This document shows positions 1 to 10,744 of a stretch of 64,000 nt of DNA, in pieces; within the stretch, counting starts at the first letter, position 1, and each line of letters opens with the position of its first letter. Source of the DNA: Nitrospinales bacterium (GTDB lineage Bacteria; Nitrospinota; Nitrospinia; Nitrospinales; VA-1); contig CBDCXL010000001.1 in the NCBI GenBank assembly GCA_965223795.1, positions 512,001 through 576,000 on the forward strand, given 5' to 3'. Below the pieces are notes generated by a model. The model did not search any database and had not been told where the DNA came from. It saw only the letters and a program-made list of their open reading frames with translations. A program made the translations under genes and the position numbers.

Positions 1-894
1 GGTGAACCGGTGCTGCCAGCGGGAAAACGCCAGCGTTCCCAGCGCCAGCCCGAGGATGAAGGTGGTCAGGATCAGCCCGAACGCGTACACCGACGATCCC
101 AGAAGCAGGGAGAGGATGCGGTTCCAGGCGATCTGGTAGACCAGGGCCGACACGCCGGACAGGCCGAACGCCAATAGAATGGCGACGGTCCTCAGAGTCA
201 GCGGATCCACGGGCGGCGCTTTGGCTGTATCGGCGGCGGTTTCTGTTCCCGTATCCCTGTCGAGGGACGGTTTGAACAGGACGAAAATCACCACGGCGAT
301 GCCGATGTTCAGGGCGGCGGCGATGTAAATGGTTGCGCTCACGCCGAACAGGCGCATCAGCACGAACGCGCTGGCCAGGGCCCCGAGCACCGCGCCGAAG
401 GTGTTGACGGCGTACAGCGTGCCGACGTCGCGGCCGATGAAGCCGGGTTCGGTGGACACGAATTTGCTGAGCACCGGCAGCGTCGCGCCCATGAAGGTGG
501 TGGGCAGGATCAGGATGCCGCCGCAGATGAGAAAGCGCAGAAAGCTCGCGGTGGTGTAGGAGTTCGACGCGTCGAGGTAGATGGACTGAAACAGCGGATG
601 CGCCCACTGGATGAGCGCCGGGATCAGCAGGCAGTACAGGCCGATGGCGGCTTCCAGAATGGCGTAGACGGCGAGCGGGTTGAACCGCCGGTCGATGATG
701 CGGCCGCCGAGGTAGCTCCCCAGGGCCAGACCGCCCATGAAGGAGGTCAGCACCGTGGCCACGGAATAATGGGTGTTGCCCATGACCAGGGTGAGCAGGC
801 GCGTCCACACCACTTCGTAGATGAGCCCCGTCGCGCCGGAGATGAGAAAAAAAAGGAAAACCCAGGCTCTGGACTGCGGGTTGAAGGGGGCCAA
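1..894 (-). CDS. Fused MFS-like membrane domain / spermidine synthase family protein (N-terminal part; runs off window)
   Basis: Manual translation from TTG at 894: LAPFNPQSRAWVFLFFLISGATGLIYEVVWTRLLTLVMGNTHYSVATVLTSFMGG..., with a second SGVSALVYQIAWNRILSLLLGSSVY repeat near position 150; typical of this family's membrane domain. Not in the ORF track because it is truncated. Confidence 0.8.
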   Translation of the reverse strand, partial: MAPFNPQSRAWVFLFFLISGATGLIYEVVWTRLLTLVMGNTHYSVATVLTSFMGGLALGSYLGGRIIDRRFNPLAVYAILEAAIGLYCLLIPALIQWAHPLFQSIYLDASNSYTTASFLRFLICGGILILPTTFMGATLPVLSKFVSTEPGFIGRDVGTLYAVNTFGAVLGALASAFVLMRLFGVSATIYIAAALNIGIAVVIFVLFKPSLDRDTGTETAADTAKAPPVDPLTLRTVAILLAFGLSGVSALVYQIAWNRILSLLLGSSVYAFGLILTTFILGLALGTLAFSRWQHRFT

Positions 895-906
895 GGGAGA
901 TGCCGG

Positions 907-1809
907 CTACTGGGTTTCGGACACTTTCTTGGAGCGCGCGCAGCGGAATCCGACGATGGCGTCCTTACGTCCCGGGGTCGCCGCAAAGCGCTTGGCCGCG
1001 CGGATGTCCACGGTGCGGTGGTCCCAGGAACCGCCACGGTAGACCCGGTTTTTCTTGTTTTCCGGACCGGTGGGGTTCATCAGGGGCGCGACCTGGTAAT
1101 AAAACTGGTCGTAGTAATCCTCCACCCACTCGGACACATTGCCCGCCATGTCGTACACACCGTAGACGCTGCGTCCCATCGGGAAGCTGCCCACGGGAGC
1201 CATGTGCTCGTACCCGTCGGCTTTGCCCGCAAGGTTGGCGCGCTTGTCGAGCATCTTGTTGCCCCAGGGGTATTTCAGCCCGTGGGTGCCGCGCGCGGCT
1301 TTCTCCCACTCGGCTTCGGTGGGAAGCCGTTTGCCGGCCCATTTGCAGTAATTGACGGCGTCGTTCCAGGACACACCGACGACAGGGAAATTGGGGGTCT
1401 TGAGTATGGACTGGTCTGCCTTGAAAAACGGCACCGACGGCTCCACGTAATTGGCGGCGCGGCGGAATTTCTCGTAGTTTTCGACGCTGACTTCGTGCTT
1501 GTCGATGTAAAAGGCGTCGAGGTAGATCTCCTGCTGCGGCTTTTCATCGAAGCCGCCGGAGTCCGACCCGCGGGTGAAGATGCCTTCGGGAATGAGGATC
1601 ATTTCGCGGCCGTCTTCGCCGGCGATCGTCTCGAAGATGCTGAAATCGCGATTGTCCTCGATTTCCACCTGCTTGGCTTTGACGGCCAGCTGCTGGAATT
1701 CATTGTCCCGGTCGATCGATTTTTTGATCTCCCAGATGATGACCAAAAGAAATAAAACGGTGATGGCAAAACAGGCAATGATGCCGATCATTAAATTTTT
1801 ATCTCGCAT
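907..1809 (-). CDS. Formylglycine-generating enzyme (SUMF1/FGE-sulfatase) domain protein with N-terminal membrane anchor
   Basis: Motifs RLPTEAEWEKAARG, YPWG, DMAGNVSEW, RGGSW, VGFRCA; hydrophobic N-terminal helix. Confidence 0.9.
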   Translation of the reverse strand: MRDKNLMIGIIACFAITVLFLLVIIWEIKKSIDRDNEFQQLAVKAKQVEIEDNRDFSIFETIAGEDGREMILIPEGIFTRGSDSGGFDEKPQQEIYLDAFYIDKHEVSVENYEKFRRAANYVEPSVPFFKADQSILKTPNFPVVGVSWNDAVNYCKWAGKRLPTEAEWEKAARGTHGLKYPWGNKMLDKRANLAGKADGYEHMAPVGSFPMGRSVYGVYDMAGNVSEWVEDYYDQFYYQVAPLMNPTGPENKKNRVYRGGSWDHRTVDIRAAKRFAATPGRKDAIVGFRCARSKKVSETQ

Positions 1810-2047
1810 TTTCGCGCTGAACGGGAAAAGTTTGTTGGGAAAAAAACAAAAAGTTGATTATAGTTTAAAAGAAATTTAAAGCAATGAAAAAGCGGTGTTA
1901 ACGGCCGCCGTGACGGCGTTTGCAGGATATTGGCAGAGTGGATTTTCCAGATATCCCCAAAGGAGGCGCGGCAGGAAAAATCGGGCCGTCCTGGCGCGGC
2001 GGCGCTCCTGCTGAAGGAGCGGATTCGGATTGGAAAGGCGGCGGAAT

Positions 2048-2836
2048 ATGGATTTACTGAAAGTCAAGGATTCGGCGCTGGCCTACACCCGGGAAGCGGA
2101 ACAGGAGATTTTGCAATGGTTCCGCAAGGATCTCAAGGTGGAGTCGAAGACCGACCGGTCTCCGGTGACGGTGGCGGACCGCAATGCCGAACAGGTTTTG
2201 CGGAGGAACATCCATCGCGATTATCCGGATTGCGGCATCATCGGCGAGGAATTCGGCAACGAAAACCCGGACGCCGAATGGGTGTGGACGCTCGATCCGA
2301 TCGACGGAACCCGCTCGTTCGTGCGCGGTCTGCCCCTGTTCGCGGTGCTCACGTCGCTGCTGCACAAGGGTGAGCCGGTTGTCGGCACGCTGTCCCTGCC
2401 CGCTTTGGGCGAAACCTACTGGGCGGCGCAGGGCCACGGCGCCTGGTGCGGCGAGACCAGGCTGTCGGTCTCGGGGCAGACGGATCTTTCGCAATCGCTG
2501 GTCGCCATTGCCGATCTTTACTGCTTCAAGCAGGAAAAACGCCTGTCTCTGGTGCGACGGCTGGAAAAGGACGCGGCGATGGTCCGCACCTATCCGGATG
2601 CGTTCGGGCACATTCTGGCGGCGCGCGGAGCGGTGGACGTGATGGTCGATCCGCTGGCCAAAATCTGGGATTATGCGCCCTGCAAGATCCTGGTGCAGGA
2701 AGCGGGCGGCACGTTCGCCAATTTCACCGGCAGCCGGGCCAGCATTCGCGAAGGCACGGCCGTCTGCGGCAACCCCAAGCTGGTGAAGGCAGTGCGCAGG
2801 CACATATCGGAGTTGAATGCAGGGAAATCGAGCTGA
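2048..2836 (+). CDS. Inositol monophosphatase family protein, probably histidinol-phosphatase (HisN type)
   Basis: SPVTVADR, IIGEEFG, WTLDPIDGT, WDYAP motifs; ATG 2048 after GGAAAGG. Confidence 0.85.
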   Translation: MDLLKVKDSALAYTREAEQEILQWFRKDLKVESKTDRSPVTVADRNAEQVLRRNIHRDYPDCGIIGEEFGNENPDAEWVWTLDPIDGTRSFVRGLPLFAVLTSLLHKGEPVVGTLSLPALGETYWAAQGHGAWCGETRLSVSGQTDLSQSLVAIADLYCFKQEKRLSLVRRLEKDAAMVRTYPDAFGHILAARGAVDVMVDPLAKIWDYAPCKILVQEAGGTFANFTGSRASIREGTAVCGNPKLVKAVRRHISELNAGKSS

Positions 2837-2927
2837 AGCGGGGATGAGCGGAATCGATGCGGTGCACACGCACAGGGATGGGGCGCCGGCCCGAAATCAC
2901 CCTATTCGCATAAGACGCCCCATGCCA

Positions 2928-2943
2928 TTCGACAGGCTCAGGA
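2928..2943. repeat. Half copy of the TTCGACAGGCTCAG palindromic repeat family
   Basis: Its first 14 nt (TTCGACAGGCTCAG) recur exactly in the element at 32040-32120 and with one mismatch at 19065-19126. Confidence 0.6.
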
Positions 2944-3023
2944 TGCCACTTGAATGTCTTTTCGGGGTTCTTCCCAGGTGTGAACGCTAAGGAACGGATG
3001 CTGATTGAGAGCCCGGTCTTCCT

Positions 3024-3413
3024 TTAGAAAGCAGAAATCGGCTGCCTTCCGGAGAACCCGGAATCGAGATCGTGCCAGTAGTTGATTTCCTGTTCAGGAA
3101 CTTTCCAGCACAGATACACTTCCTTGCCTTCGCGGAGTGAAGGGAAATCCACCAGGCCGTCGTTGATGCCTTTTAAAATGCAGCCGGAGGCTTCCAGTTC
3201 CTTGATGAAGTTGTTGAGACGGATCGCGGCTTTGAGATAGGCCGCGCCTTCCGGACTGCCGCCGTTGTATTTGTGCTTTTCCCAGGCGTTTTTCACGTCC
3301 GGATAATCGTTCATCAACTCCGAAGCCAGCTTCTGAATCCTCGGGACGTCATCCAGCAATTTGGGGACAAACGAATTGGCTTCTTTCAAAGTGAAGTATT
3401 TTTTTTGCGGCAT
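3024..3413 (-). CDS. DUF2203 family protein
   Basis: YFTLKEAN N-terminus; GLVDFPS, VYLCWK, YWH...GFSGRQPI C-terminal signature. Confidence 0.85.
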   Translation of the reverse strand: MPQKKYFTLKEANSFVPKLLDDVPRIQKLASELMNDYPDVKNAWEKHKYNGGSPEGAAYLKAAIRLNNFIKELEASGCILKGINDGLVDFPSLREGKEVYLCWKVPEQEINYWHDLDSGFSGRQPISAF

Positions 3414-3712
3414 GACGGCTGAGTTCCCTTCAGGTTGATGGAACGAATAAGAACGAAAAAATTTAAAAATGGATAATTTTCTATTATTAAATACTTATTA
3501 TATTTGATTAATCAGGCATTTCCCAGCGAAAAAACGCCCCAAATGGCAAAAATACATGAATACCATACATAAAATCAATGACTTATGATTATCGGCCCGC
3601 AAAAACGCCGCATTTGCATCGCCATGCGGATTATCGGAATTTGAAGCACCCTTCCAGGCATCGCCCGAAGCCAGAAAAACCGCCGGAATCCCTTCACAAA
3701 CCGGTTTTTCTA

Positions 3713-3757
3713 TTGACAAACACTTCATAAGATTATAAATTTTCACCACTGTGAAAA
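3713..3757 (+). promoter_or_regulatory. Sigma70-like promoter with adjacent inverted repeat (possible operator)
   Basis: TTGACA (3713-3718), 17-nt spacer, TAAATT (3736-3741); TTTTCAC-cact-GTGAAAA at 3740-3757. Confidence 0.55.
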
Positions 3758-3918
3758 ACCTGTCATCATAGGTTCATTCCATTCAAAACACACAATCTAA
3801 TAAACAGATGCCCGAGGGGGGGTGAAAACAAGAACTCGGCACTGATTATTATATCGCGCGATAGAACTATTTTGGTTTCATTGGAAGTTATTCCATCTTT
3901 ATTCGGGAGGCTAGAGTA

Positions 3919-4368
3919 ATGAAGAAATTAGTTTTGGCATCAGCAGCTTTTGTTATGGCTTTTGGGATGAGCGCCATCGTCATGGCCGATACGGTGATCC
4001 CCGGACAATACACGCCTCGGGATCAAAGCGTGATGGGTGTGGGCAAGACGATCATGGAGATGGGCGCCAGGGACCGCGCACTCACTAATGCGGTCAACCG
4101 CGCTTCCCGCGCACACCGGTCTGGCGGAGACGCTTTCGGGGATGTCAATGCCAGCTACCAGTTCGGTGCCTCGCAATCCGACCAATCCTGGAAAGCCGCC
4201 CGAACGGTGGAAGAAGCTCAGGTTCGCGGGCTGGTTGCGGGTGACTGTCAGGGCGACAACTCCACGGACGCATACAGGAAGCAGATGGGCCAGAGCCGCG
4301 ATGGCTTCATGGAAGAAAAACTGGTTTCCAACGCACAGTGCGGCGAGTACCATCCCACTCTGAAGTAA
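3919..4368 (+). CDS. Secreted hypothetical protein
   Basis: Strong RBS GGGAGG, Sec signal peptide MKKLVLASAAFVMAFGMSAIVMA, own terminator. Confidence 0.8.
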   Translation: MKKLVLASAAFVMAFGMSAIVMADTVIPGQYTPRDQSVMGVGKTIMEMGARDRALTNAVNRASRAHRSGGDAFGDVNASYQFGASQSDQSWKAARTVEEAQVRGLVAGDCQGDNSTDAYRKQMGQSRDGFMEEKLVSNAQCGEYHPTLK

Positions 4369-4388
4369 GCAAAAGCATTGATTTTACG

Positions 4389-4418
4389 GGCGGGGGGTTT
4401 CCCCCCGCCTTTTTTTTT
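4389..4418 (+). terminator. Rho-independent terminator
   Basis: GGCGGGGGG-TTT-CCCCCCGCC hairpin followed by a T9 tract. Confidence 0.9.
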
Positions 4419-4518
4419 GGCCGGCCGGCAGATGCGTTTGCCCGCCGGTTTTCTTTTTTTGCCAGGCCGGCTGTAATCGGAGAGGTCAGATCTCTTTGAA
4501 TTTGTTATTCTAATTCGT

Positions 4519-5016
4519 ATGATCCCGCACAGGCAGCCACCCGACACCGCGTCCGCCGGGCCCCCGGTCATCAGGTCGAACCCTGGAACGGGAGGCCGTT
4601 TTTGCTTCGCATTGTTGTGCTGCCTGTTCCTGCTCCTGCCGAACGACGCCAGCGCCGCGGATCTGCAATCCGTTTCCCTCAAGACGTACAAACTAAAGAG
4701 CTTTGCCGTCCCCAATCCGATGGACCTGTCGCGCCTTCCAATGGGGAAAACCTTTCAGGTGGCGGAAGACGAGTTCATCCTGCAGTTTTACTTCGATGGC
4801 AGGGACATCTATGGAATCATCTTTAAAAGACAAAAAGAAGTTTCCCTTTACATCGAATGGTGTTTTTTCAAATCGTGCGAGGAAAGCCAGTACGACTATG
4901 TGGTGAAAATCGCCGACGCCAACAAGCCGCCGTTCGATCAGCAGTTTTTCTCCGTCAAGCTGCCTGCGCATCTGGCCTACGAGTTTAAAGGCTTGAAATT
5001 TTTTACCTGGGAGTGA
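4519..5016 (+). CDS. Exported hypothetical protein
   Basis: Signal-like segment ending ASA; coding-like composition; start may be further downstream. Confidence 0.7.
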   Translation: MIPHRQPPDTASAGPPVIRSNPGTGGRFCFALLCCLFLLLPNDASAADLQSVSLKTYKLKSFAVPNPMDLSRLPMGKTFQVAEDEFILQFYFDGRDIYGIIFKRQKEVSLYIEWCFFKSCEESQYDYVVKIADANKPPFDQQFFSVKLPAHLAYEFKGLKFFTWE

Positions 5017-5139
5017 GGCATTTTCCCACCCTCAGCAGCTTGCCGAATCGCCGCCACAACATTTTTGGGGCAGCGGCGTTCCCGCCAAACATTAACACTT
5101 CTTAATTAATTATTTTTAACGTTTCTTTATGGCAATTCC

Positions 5140-5246
5140 TGCTATGATTGACTTAATTCTTACAGACATAGGCGGATTCCACTCACCAGTTAGAGGTTGT
5201 CTCCTCCTCCGGTACCCGCTGGGGCGTGGTTTCCGCCATTGTTTTT
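5140..5246. ncRNA. Candidate structured small RNA / leader (unassigned)
   Basis: Extended -10 TGcTATGAT at 5140-5148; long stem GGCGGAttCCAC...GTGGttTCCGCC (5171-5237) enclosing CTCCTCCTCC, followed by a T-rich tract. Confidence 0.3.
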
Positions 5247-5425
5247 CCCCTTCCCTCCCGCGGCTCCCCTGGCGCAACTCTCATTTGTCCGTTTAGACTC
5301 ATCAGGATTTTTTACGTGTTTTTATTTTTTCTTTGCCGCTGTTCTTTGTCCAGCGACAGCGTACGGCGGCGTTTTTGTTATAATTGGGAACACGATTCCA
5401 TTCACCATTCGTTTGAGAGGATCCC

Positions 5426-5848
5426 ATGTCCCGATTCACTGATAACGAGAACGGTACGGTCACCGACAACGAAACCGGGCTCACCTGGTTTAAAAAGGAT
5501 TCCCGTCAGATCACGGGCAAGTGGATGCACCTGGAAAAGTCGCAGAAATTCGCGGAGCAGCAGAACGCGGATCAATTCGGCGGGCACAACGACTGGCGGA
5601 TTCCGAAACTGGAAGACATCAAAACCATCTTCGACAAAAGTTTCAGCCAGAAAGATTTCGGCAACAACGAAATCTTCATTCCCCCGGTTTTTGAACCCGG
5701 CTGCGCGGACAGCACCTGGACGGACACCGTCAACGGCGACCGGGCGATGATGTTCAGCCTGGTCAAAGGACGCTCCACCTGGATCAACCGTTACGGCGAG
5801 GGGCCGTTCGCGGTGCGGCTGGTGCGGGGAACGCGGCAGGAAACGTGA
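5426..5848 (+). CDS. DUF1566 / Lcl C-terminal domain protein
   Basis: RFTDNENGTVTDNETGLTW, FGGHNDWRIP, terminal VRLVR. Confidence 0.85.
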   Translation: MSRFTDNENGTVTDNETGLTWFKKDSRQITGKWMHLEKSQKFAEQQNADQFGGHNDWRIPKLEDIKTIFDKSFSQKDFGNNEIFIPPVFEPGCADSTWTDTVNGDRAMMFSLVKGRSTWINRYGEGPFAVRLVRGTRQET

Positions 5849-5882
5849 AGGCAGGAATGGAGTGCGATCGATCCCGCTGGCG

Positions 5883-6236
5883 TCAGGCCCGGGCGCTCAT
5901 GAAGAGCCACACTCCCGTGCCGATTAAAAGAACGGCGAAACCGCGCTTGAAATTCTGATCGGACAGGTTCTGCAAAAGCAGGGGGCCGATCTGCGCGCCG
6001 ACGATCCCGCCCAGCGCCAGGAAAAGACCGGTTTTGATATCGACATTGCCCAGCTTGGAATGCGCGAGCAAAGACGAAACCGCGACCAGCCCGACGAAGA
6101 GAAACGACGTCCCCACAGCCATGTTCGCTTCCTTGCCCATGTAGATGAGGTAGGGAACCACGAGGAATCCGCCGCCGAGCCCGGAGCCCGAGGACAGGAT
6201 TCCGATGATCAATCCGAGCGCTATCTGCAGTATCAA
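5883..6236 (-). CDS. Half-size sulfite exporter TauE/SafE family membrane protein (117 aa)
   Basis: TTG start at 6236 overlapping the upstream TGA; GLGGGFLVVP and AVGTS motifs; all hydrophobic. Confidence 0.8.
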   Translation of the reverse strand: MILQIALGLIIGILSSGSGLGGGFLVVPYLIYMGKEANMAVGTSFLFVGLVAVSSLLAHSKLGNVDIKTGLFLALGGIVGAQIGPLLLQNLSDQNFKRGFAVLLIGTGVWLFMSARA

Positions 6237-7471
6237 GTTGGATCTCCTTTCTCGACGTACTTCGTTTCCAGCGCATCCACCACAGCGGCGCCGATGGAAT
6301 CGCCCCACACGTTGACGGTCGTGCGGCAGCGGTCCAGAAACCAGTCGATGGACAGCAGCAGCCCGAGCCCTTCCGCCGGCAGCCCGACGGAATTGAGCAC
6401 CATGAGCATGGTCACCAGCCCCGCCTCGGGGATGCCCGCCGCGCCGATGGCGGCGAGCGTCGCGGTGATGAAGATGATGGCCTGCTGCCCCATGCTCAAC
6501 TCGATGCCGAAGGCCTGGGCGATGAAGATCGCCGCCACGGCTTCGTACAGCGCCGTGCCGTTCATGTTCACGGTGGCGGCCAGGGGCAGCACGAACAGGG
6601 TCGCCTTGCGGGACACTCGGTTTTCCTGCACGCATTCGAAGGTCACCGGCAGGGTCGCGGAACTGCTCGCGGTGGAAAACGCCGTGGTGAGCGCCTCGCT
6701 CATATTTTTAAAATAAAGCAGCGGGCTGCGCTTGGTGAGCCACATCAGCAGAAAGGGCAGCACGAACACCGCATGGATGCCCAGCGCGACGAGCACCGTC
6801 ACGACGTACTTGCCGATCTTGCTGAGTTCGGCCCAGAACGCGTCGCCGCCGCCGGCGGCGCCCAGCTTGGCGGCGATGAGAGCAAACACGCCCAAAGGGG
6901 CGATGTACATGATGAGGTGCACGATCTTCATGATGGCTTCGTTGACGCCGTCGAAAAACTCGATCACCAGCTTGCCCTTCTCACCGAGCGTGGTGAGGAC
7001 GCCGCCGAACAACAGGGAGAACACGATGATCGGCAAGATGTTCATCTCCACCATCGCCTGGATGAGGTTGCCGGAAACGAACTGGCCCAGCACATCGGTG
7101 ATGCCCGTCGCCTCCCTGGCGGCCACCTTTTCGGTGACGACGGCGCCGGACGATTCGACGCCCGCACCGGGCTGAATGATATTGACGGCGACCATGCCGA
7201 TCAGCACCGCCGCCAGGTTGGTCACGCCGAAGTAGAAGAGCGCGATGAGACCGGTCTTGCCCACTTTGCGCACATCTCCCAGCCCGGAAATGCCGACGAT
7301 CATAGACGAAACGATCAGTGGAATGACGAGCATCTTCAGGGCATCGAGAAACATCTCGCCGATCCAGTCGACGACATGCATGTCCGTCCCGAAAAACCAG
7401 CCGCAGAAAATGCCCAGCAGAATGCCCGCAAGCATCAGGTACATCAGGGTATTGTTGTTGTTCATCGTCAC
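6233..7471 (-). CDS. Dicarboxylate/amino acid:cation symporter (DAACS, GltP-like)
   Basis: AFSTASSSATLP, TVNMNGTALY, DWFLDRCRTTVNVWGD motifs. Confidence 0.93.
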   Translation of the reverse strand: MTMNNNNTLMYLMLAGILLGIFCGWFFGTDMHVVDWIGEMFLDALKMLVIPLIVSSMIVGISGLGDVRKVGKTGLIALFYFGVTNLAAVLIGMVAVNIIQPGAGVESSGAVVTEKVAAREATGITDVLGQFVSGNLIQAMVEMNILPIIVFSLLFGGVLTTLGEKGKLVIEFFDGVNEAIMKIVHLIMYIAPLGVFALIAAKLGAAGGGDAFWAELSKIGKYVVTVLVALGIHAVFVLPFLLMWLTKRSPLLYFKNMSEALTTAFSTASSSATLPVTFECVQENRVSRKATLFVLPLAATVNMNGTALYEAVAAIFIAQAFGIELSMGQQAIIFITATLAAIGAAGIPEAGLVTMLMVLNSVGLPAEGLGLLLSIDWFLDRCRTTVNVWGDSIGAAVVDALETKYVEKGDPT

Positions 7472-7679
7472 CGCCCGATTCCGGTTTACTATTTATAGTT
7501 CGGCGCGGCGTCCGCACCGTTGCCCGCGGAAAATTCCGCAGGTGGGACAGGTTGTGAATTTATGATTTTGCTGCACATCCGCCGCACGACAAAAAGTTTC
7601 AACCACGGCGTTTCGGCGTTATAATAGTAAGGTCATTTTCTTTTTTATTTCAATGCTTTGTTGTTCACTGGGAGGCGTC

Positions 7680-8969
<1,290 letters not shown>

Positions 8970-8984
8970 CGCGGCTTTTTGGGC

Positions 8985-9308
8985 CTAGGCCGCGGGTTCG
9001 ATCGTGCAGGTGAACGGGAACTGCTCCATAGACGCCGCGGTGTGCACCTGTTCGACCTTGAACTCGGCCTGTTCCAAAGGCAGGGTCGCCACATGCGCGG
9101 AGCCCTTGTGGTGGATCTCGAACATCAGCTTTTCCGCGCTTTCGTAATCCTTCTGGAACAGGTTGACCAGTATCCGAACGACAAATTCCATCGTGGTGAC
9201 TTCGTCGTTCCACATGATGATCCGGTACAGCGGCAGGTAGGCACGGTCCGTCGAATGATCGACTTCTTCGTCCACTCCGGGAGAAAAAGGTAAGGTCTCG
9301 GTTCCCAT
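8985..9308 (-). CDS. clpS: ATP-dependent Clp protease adaptor ClpS
   Basis: YRIIMWNDEVTTMEFVV, LMFEIHHKGSA, FPFTCTIEP. Confidence 0.9.
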   Translation of the reverse strand: MGTETLPFSPGVDEEVDHSTDRAYLPLYRIIMWNDEVTTMEFVVRILVNLFQKDYESAEKLMFEIHHKGSAHVATLPLEQAEFKVEQVHTAASMEQFPFTCTIEPAA

Positions 9309-9436
9309 AGCGACTGAATCAGTAAGGCCGATTAAAAAAAGAAGCCAATAAAACAACAGGCTAACAATTAAACTATAATATTAGGAAATATCCGTTTGAT
9401 TTTCAATTTATTTGTTTTCCACAATCAGAACCCCCT

Positions 9437-10393
9437 ATGTTTCAATCGATTAATAATTTGATAACGCGAATCCGCGCTGCCGGGCCGGGAACCGGCCGTG
9501 CGGCCGTGTTTTCAGCCCTGATGCTGGCGGCCCTGATTTTCCTGCCATATGGGGCGGAAACTCAGGAGGGCCGATATCCGCTCGGTCAATACGCCGCCTT
9601 CGAGCCCACCGGGGACATCCGCCGGTTCGCGGGCGAAACGCTGCATTTTGACATCAGTTTTCTGATTTTCAAAAACGCCGCCACGGCCCAGGTGAGCTTT
9701 GAAGAGGAAAAAGGCAACTACCACGCCATCCTGAAAGGCAAAACCAAGGGATTCGTGGGGTTCGTGACCGCCTACCGGGAACACACCTACAAAGCCATTT
9801 TTGAGGTGCTGGACGAGGGCAGGCGGGTGCGGGCCAAGGAATTCATCCGCACGGTCGTCGAGGGCGGCAAGGTGGAAAAATCCAACCACATTCTCGACTA
9901 CAAGAACCGGGTGCACCGCTGGTTCGAATACGTCAACGAAGACCTGGTGGAGACGGGGAAAGAGGAAATTCCCGAAGGCGTGCACTTCGACGACGTGCTG
10001 AGCGCATTCTATAATTTCCGCAACGGGGTCTACGGCGACATCAAACCCGGTGAGAAGTTCAAGGTCCACACGATTCCGGAAAAAGGCAGCGACCACATCT
10101 CCATCCACGTGCAGGACGAAGCGGAAAGAGAAAAAGCCCGCGTGCTGGAAAACCGGCCTGCCAATGACGAGATCCTGCTCGACATCATCGCGCCCAAGGA
10201 AGTCTTCCACACCGAATCGGGCGTCATCCGGCTGTGGGCGTCCAAGCACTACATTCCACTGGAGTCCACGGTCAAAGACTACATCTTCCTCGGCGACCTG
10301 CACGCCATTCTGAGAGACCGGGAATACCACCGGCCGATCGAGACCAAAGAGGTGTCCACCTCTTCCATCCTCAAGCGATCGAATCTCGAGTGA
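9437..10393 (+). CDS. DUF3108-like exported protein
   Basis: Signal-like segment, GETLHFDISF, DDVLSAFYNFR, IRLWAS..YIPL pattern. Confidence 0.65.
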   Translation: MFQSINNLITRIRAAGPGTGRAAVFSALMLAALIFLPYGAETQEGRYPLGQYAAFEPTGDIRRFAGETLHFDISFLIFKNAATAQVSFEEEKGNYHAILKGKTKGFVGFVTAYREHTYKAIFEVLDEGRRVRAKEFIRTVVEGGKVEKSNHILDYKNRVHRWFEYVNEDLVETGKEEIPEGVHFDDVLSAFYNFRNGVYGDIKPGEKFKVHTIPEKGSDHISIHVQDEAEREKARVLENRPANDEILLDIIAPKEVFHTESGVIRLWASKHYIPLESTVKDYIFLGDLHAILRDREYHRPIETKEVSTSSILKRSNLE

Positions 10394-10403
10394 GAAAAAA
10401 TCA

Positions 10404-10509
10404 GACAGGATTGACAGGATAAAAGGCGGGATAAAAATAAAAAATCTGCCTCGCGCAACACCCACAGGTGCCGCCGCGAAGACGCAAAGCCCCCCTCACC
10501 TTAATCCTC
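10404..10509. repeat. Composite intergenic repeat, copy A
   Basis: GACAGGATtGACAGGAT - A-rich - CTCGCGCAA...GACGCAA - AGCCCCCCTCACCttaatcCTC; same modules in reverse complement at 13862-13964. Confidence 0.7.
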
Positions 10510-10744
10510 AAGCTACCTTCCGGTTTGTTGGCAATGCGGGTGGCAGAACAAGTTCTGCATTCAAGCCACCTTTCGGGTAATTCATAATGCGGGTGTCGAG
10601 CTTGTCTCAACGCCTTATTAAAGGATTATTGGGAAGGTCGCCGAGCTATGCTCGGCCAAGCCACCTTCAGTTTTTTTGATAAGCGGGTGAGCGAGAAGCC
10701 ATTTACGCCCTCTCCCCAGGAGGGAGAGGGGCGGGGTGAGGGGG
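10508..10744. repeat. Cluster of REP-like palindromes
   Basis: Three CAAGCYACCTT units (10509, 10562, 10657), each followed by GCGGGTG, with internal hairpins GCAGAAC/GTTCTGC and GCCGAGC/GCTCGGC; then CCCTCTCCC-cagga-GGGAGAGGG. Confidence 0.65.

Noticed and set aside
598..1755. 385-aa plus-strand ORF
   Set aside because: Antisense to two well-supported minus-strand genes.
6237..6635. N-terminal extension making the TauE ORF 250 aa
   Set aside because: It lies within the symporter gene in another frame and is Arg/Gly/His-rich nonsense; the TTG at 6236 fits translational coupling.
10508..10700. Possible CRISPR array
   Set aside because: Only three degenerate units with irregular spacing and palindromic spacers, and no cas genes; REP-like instead.
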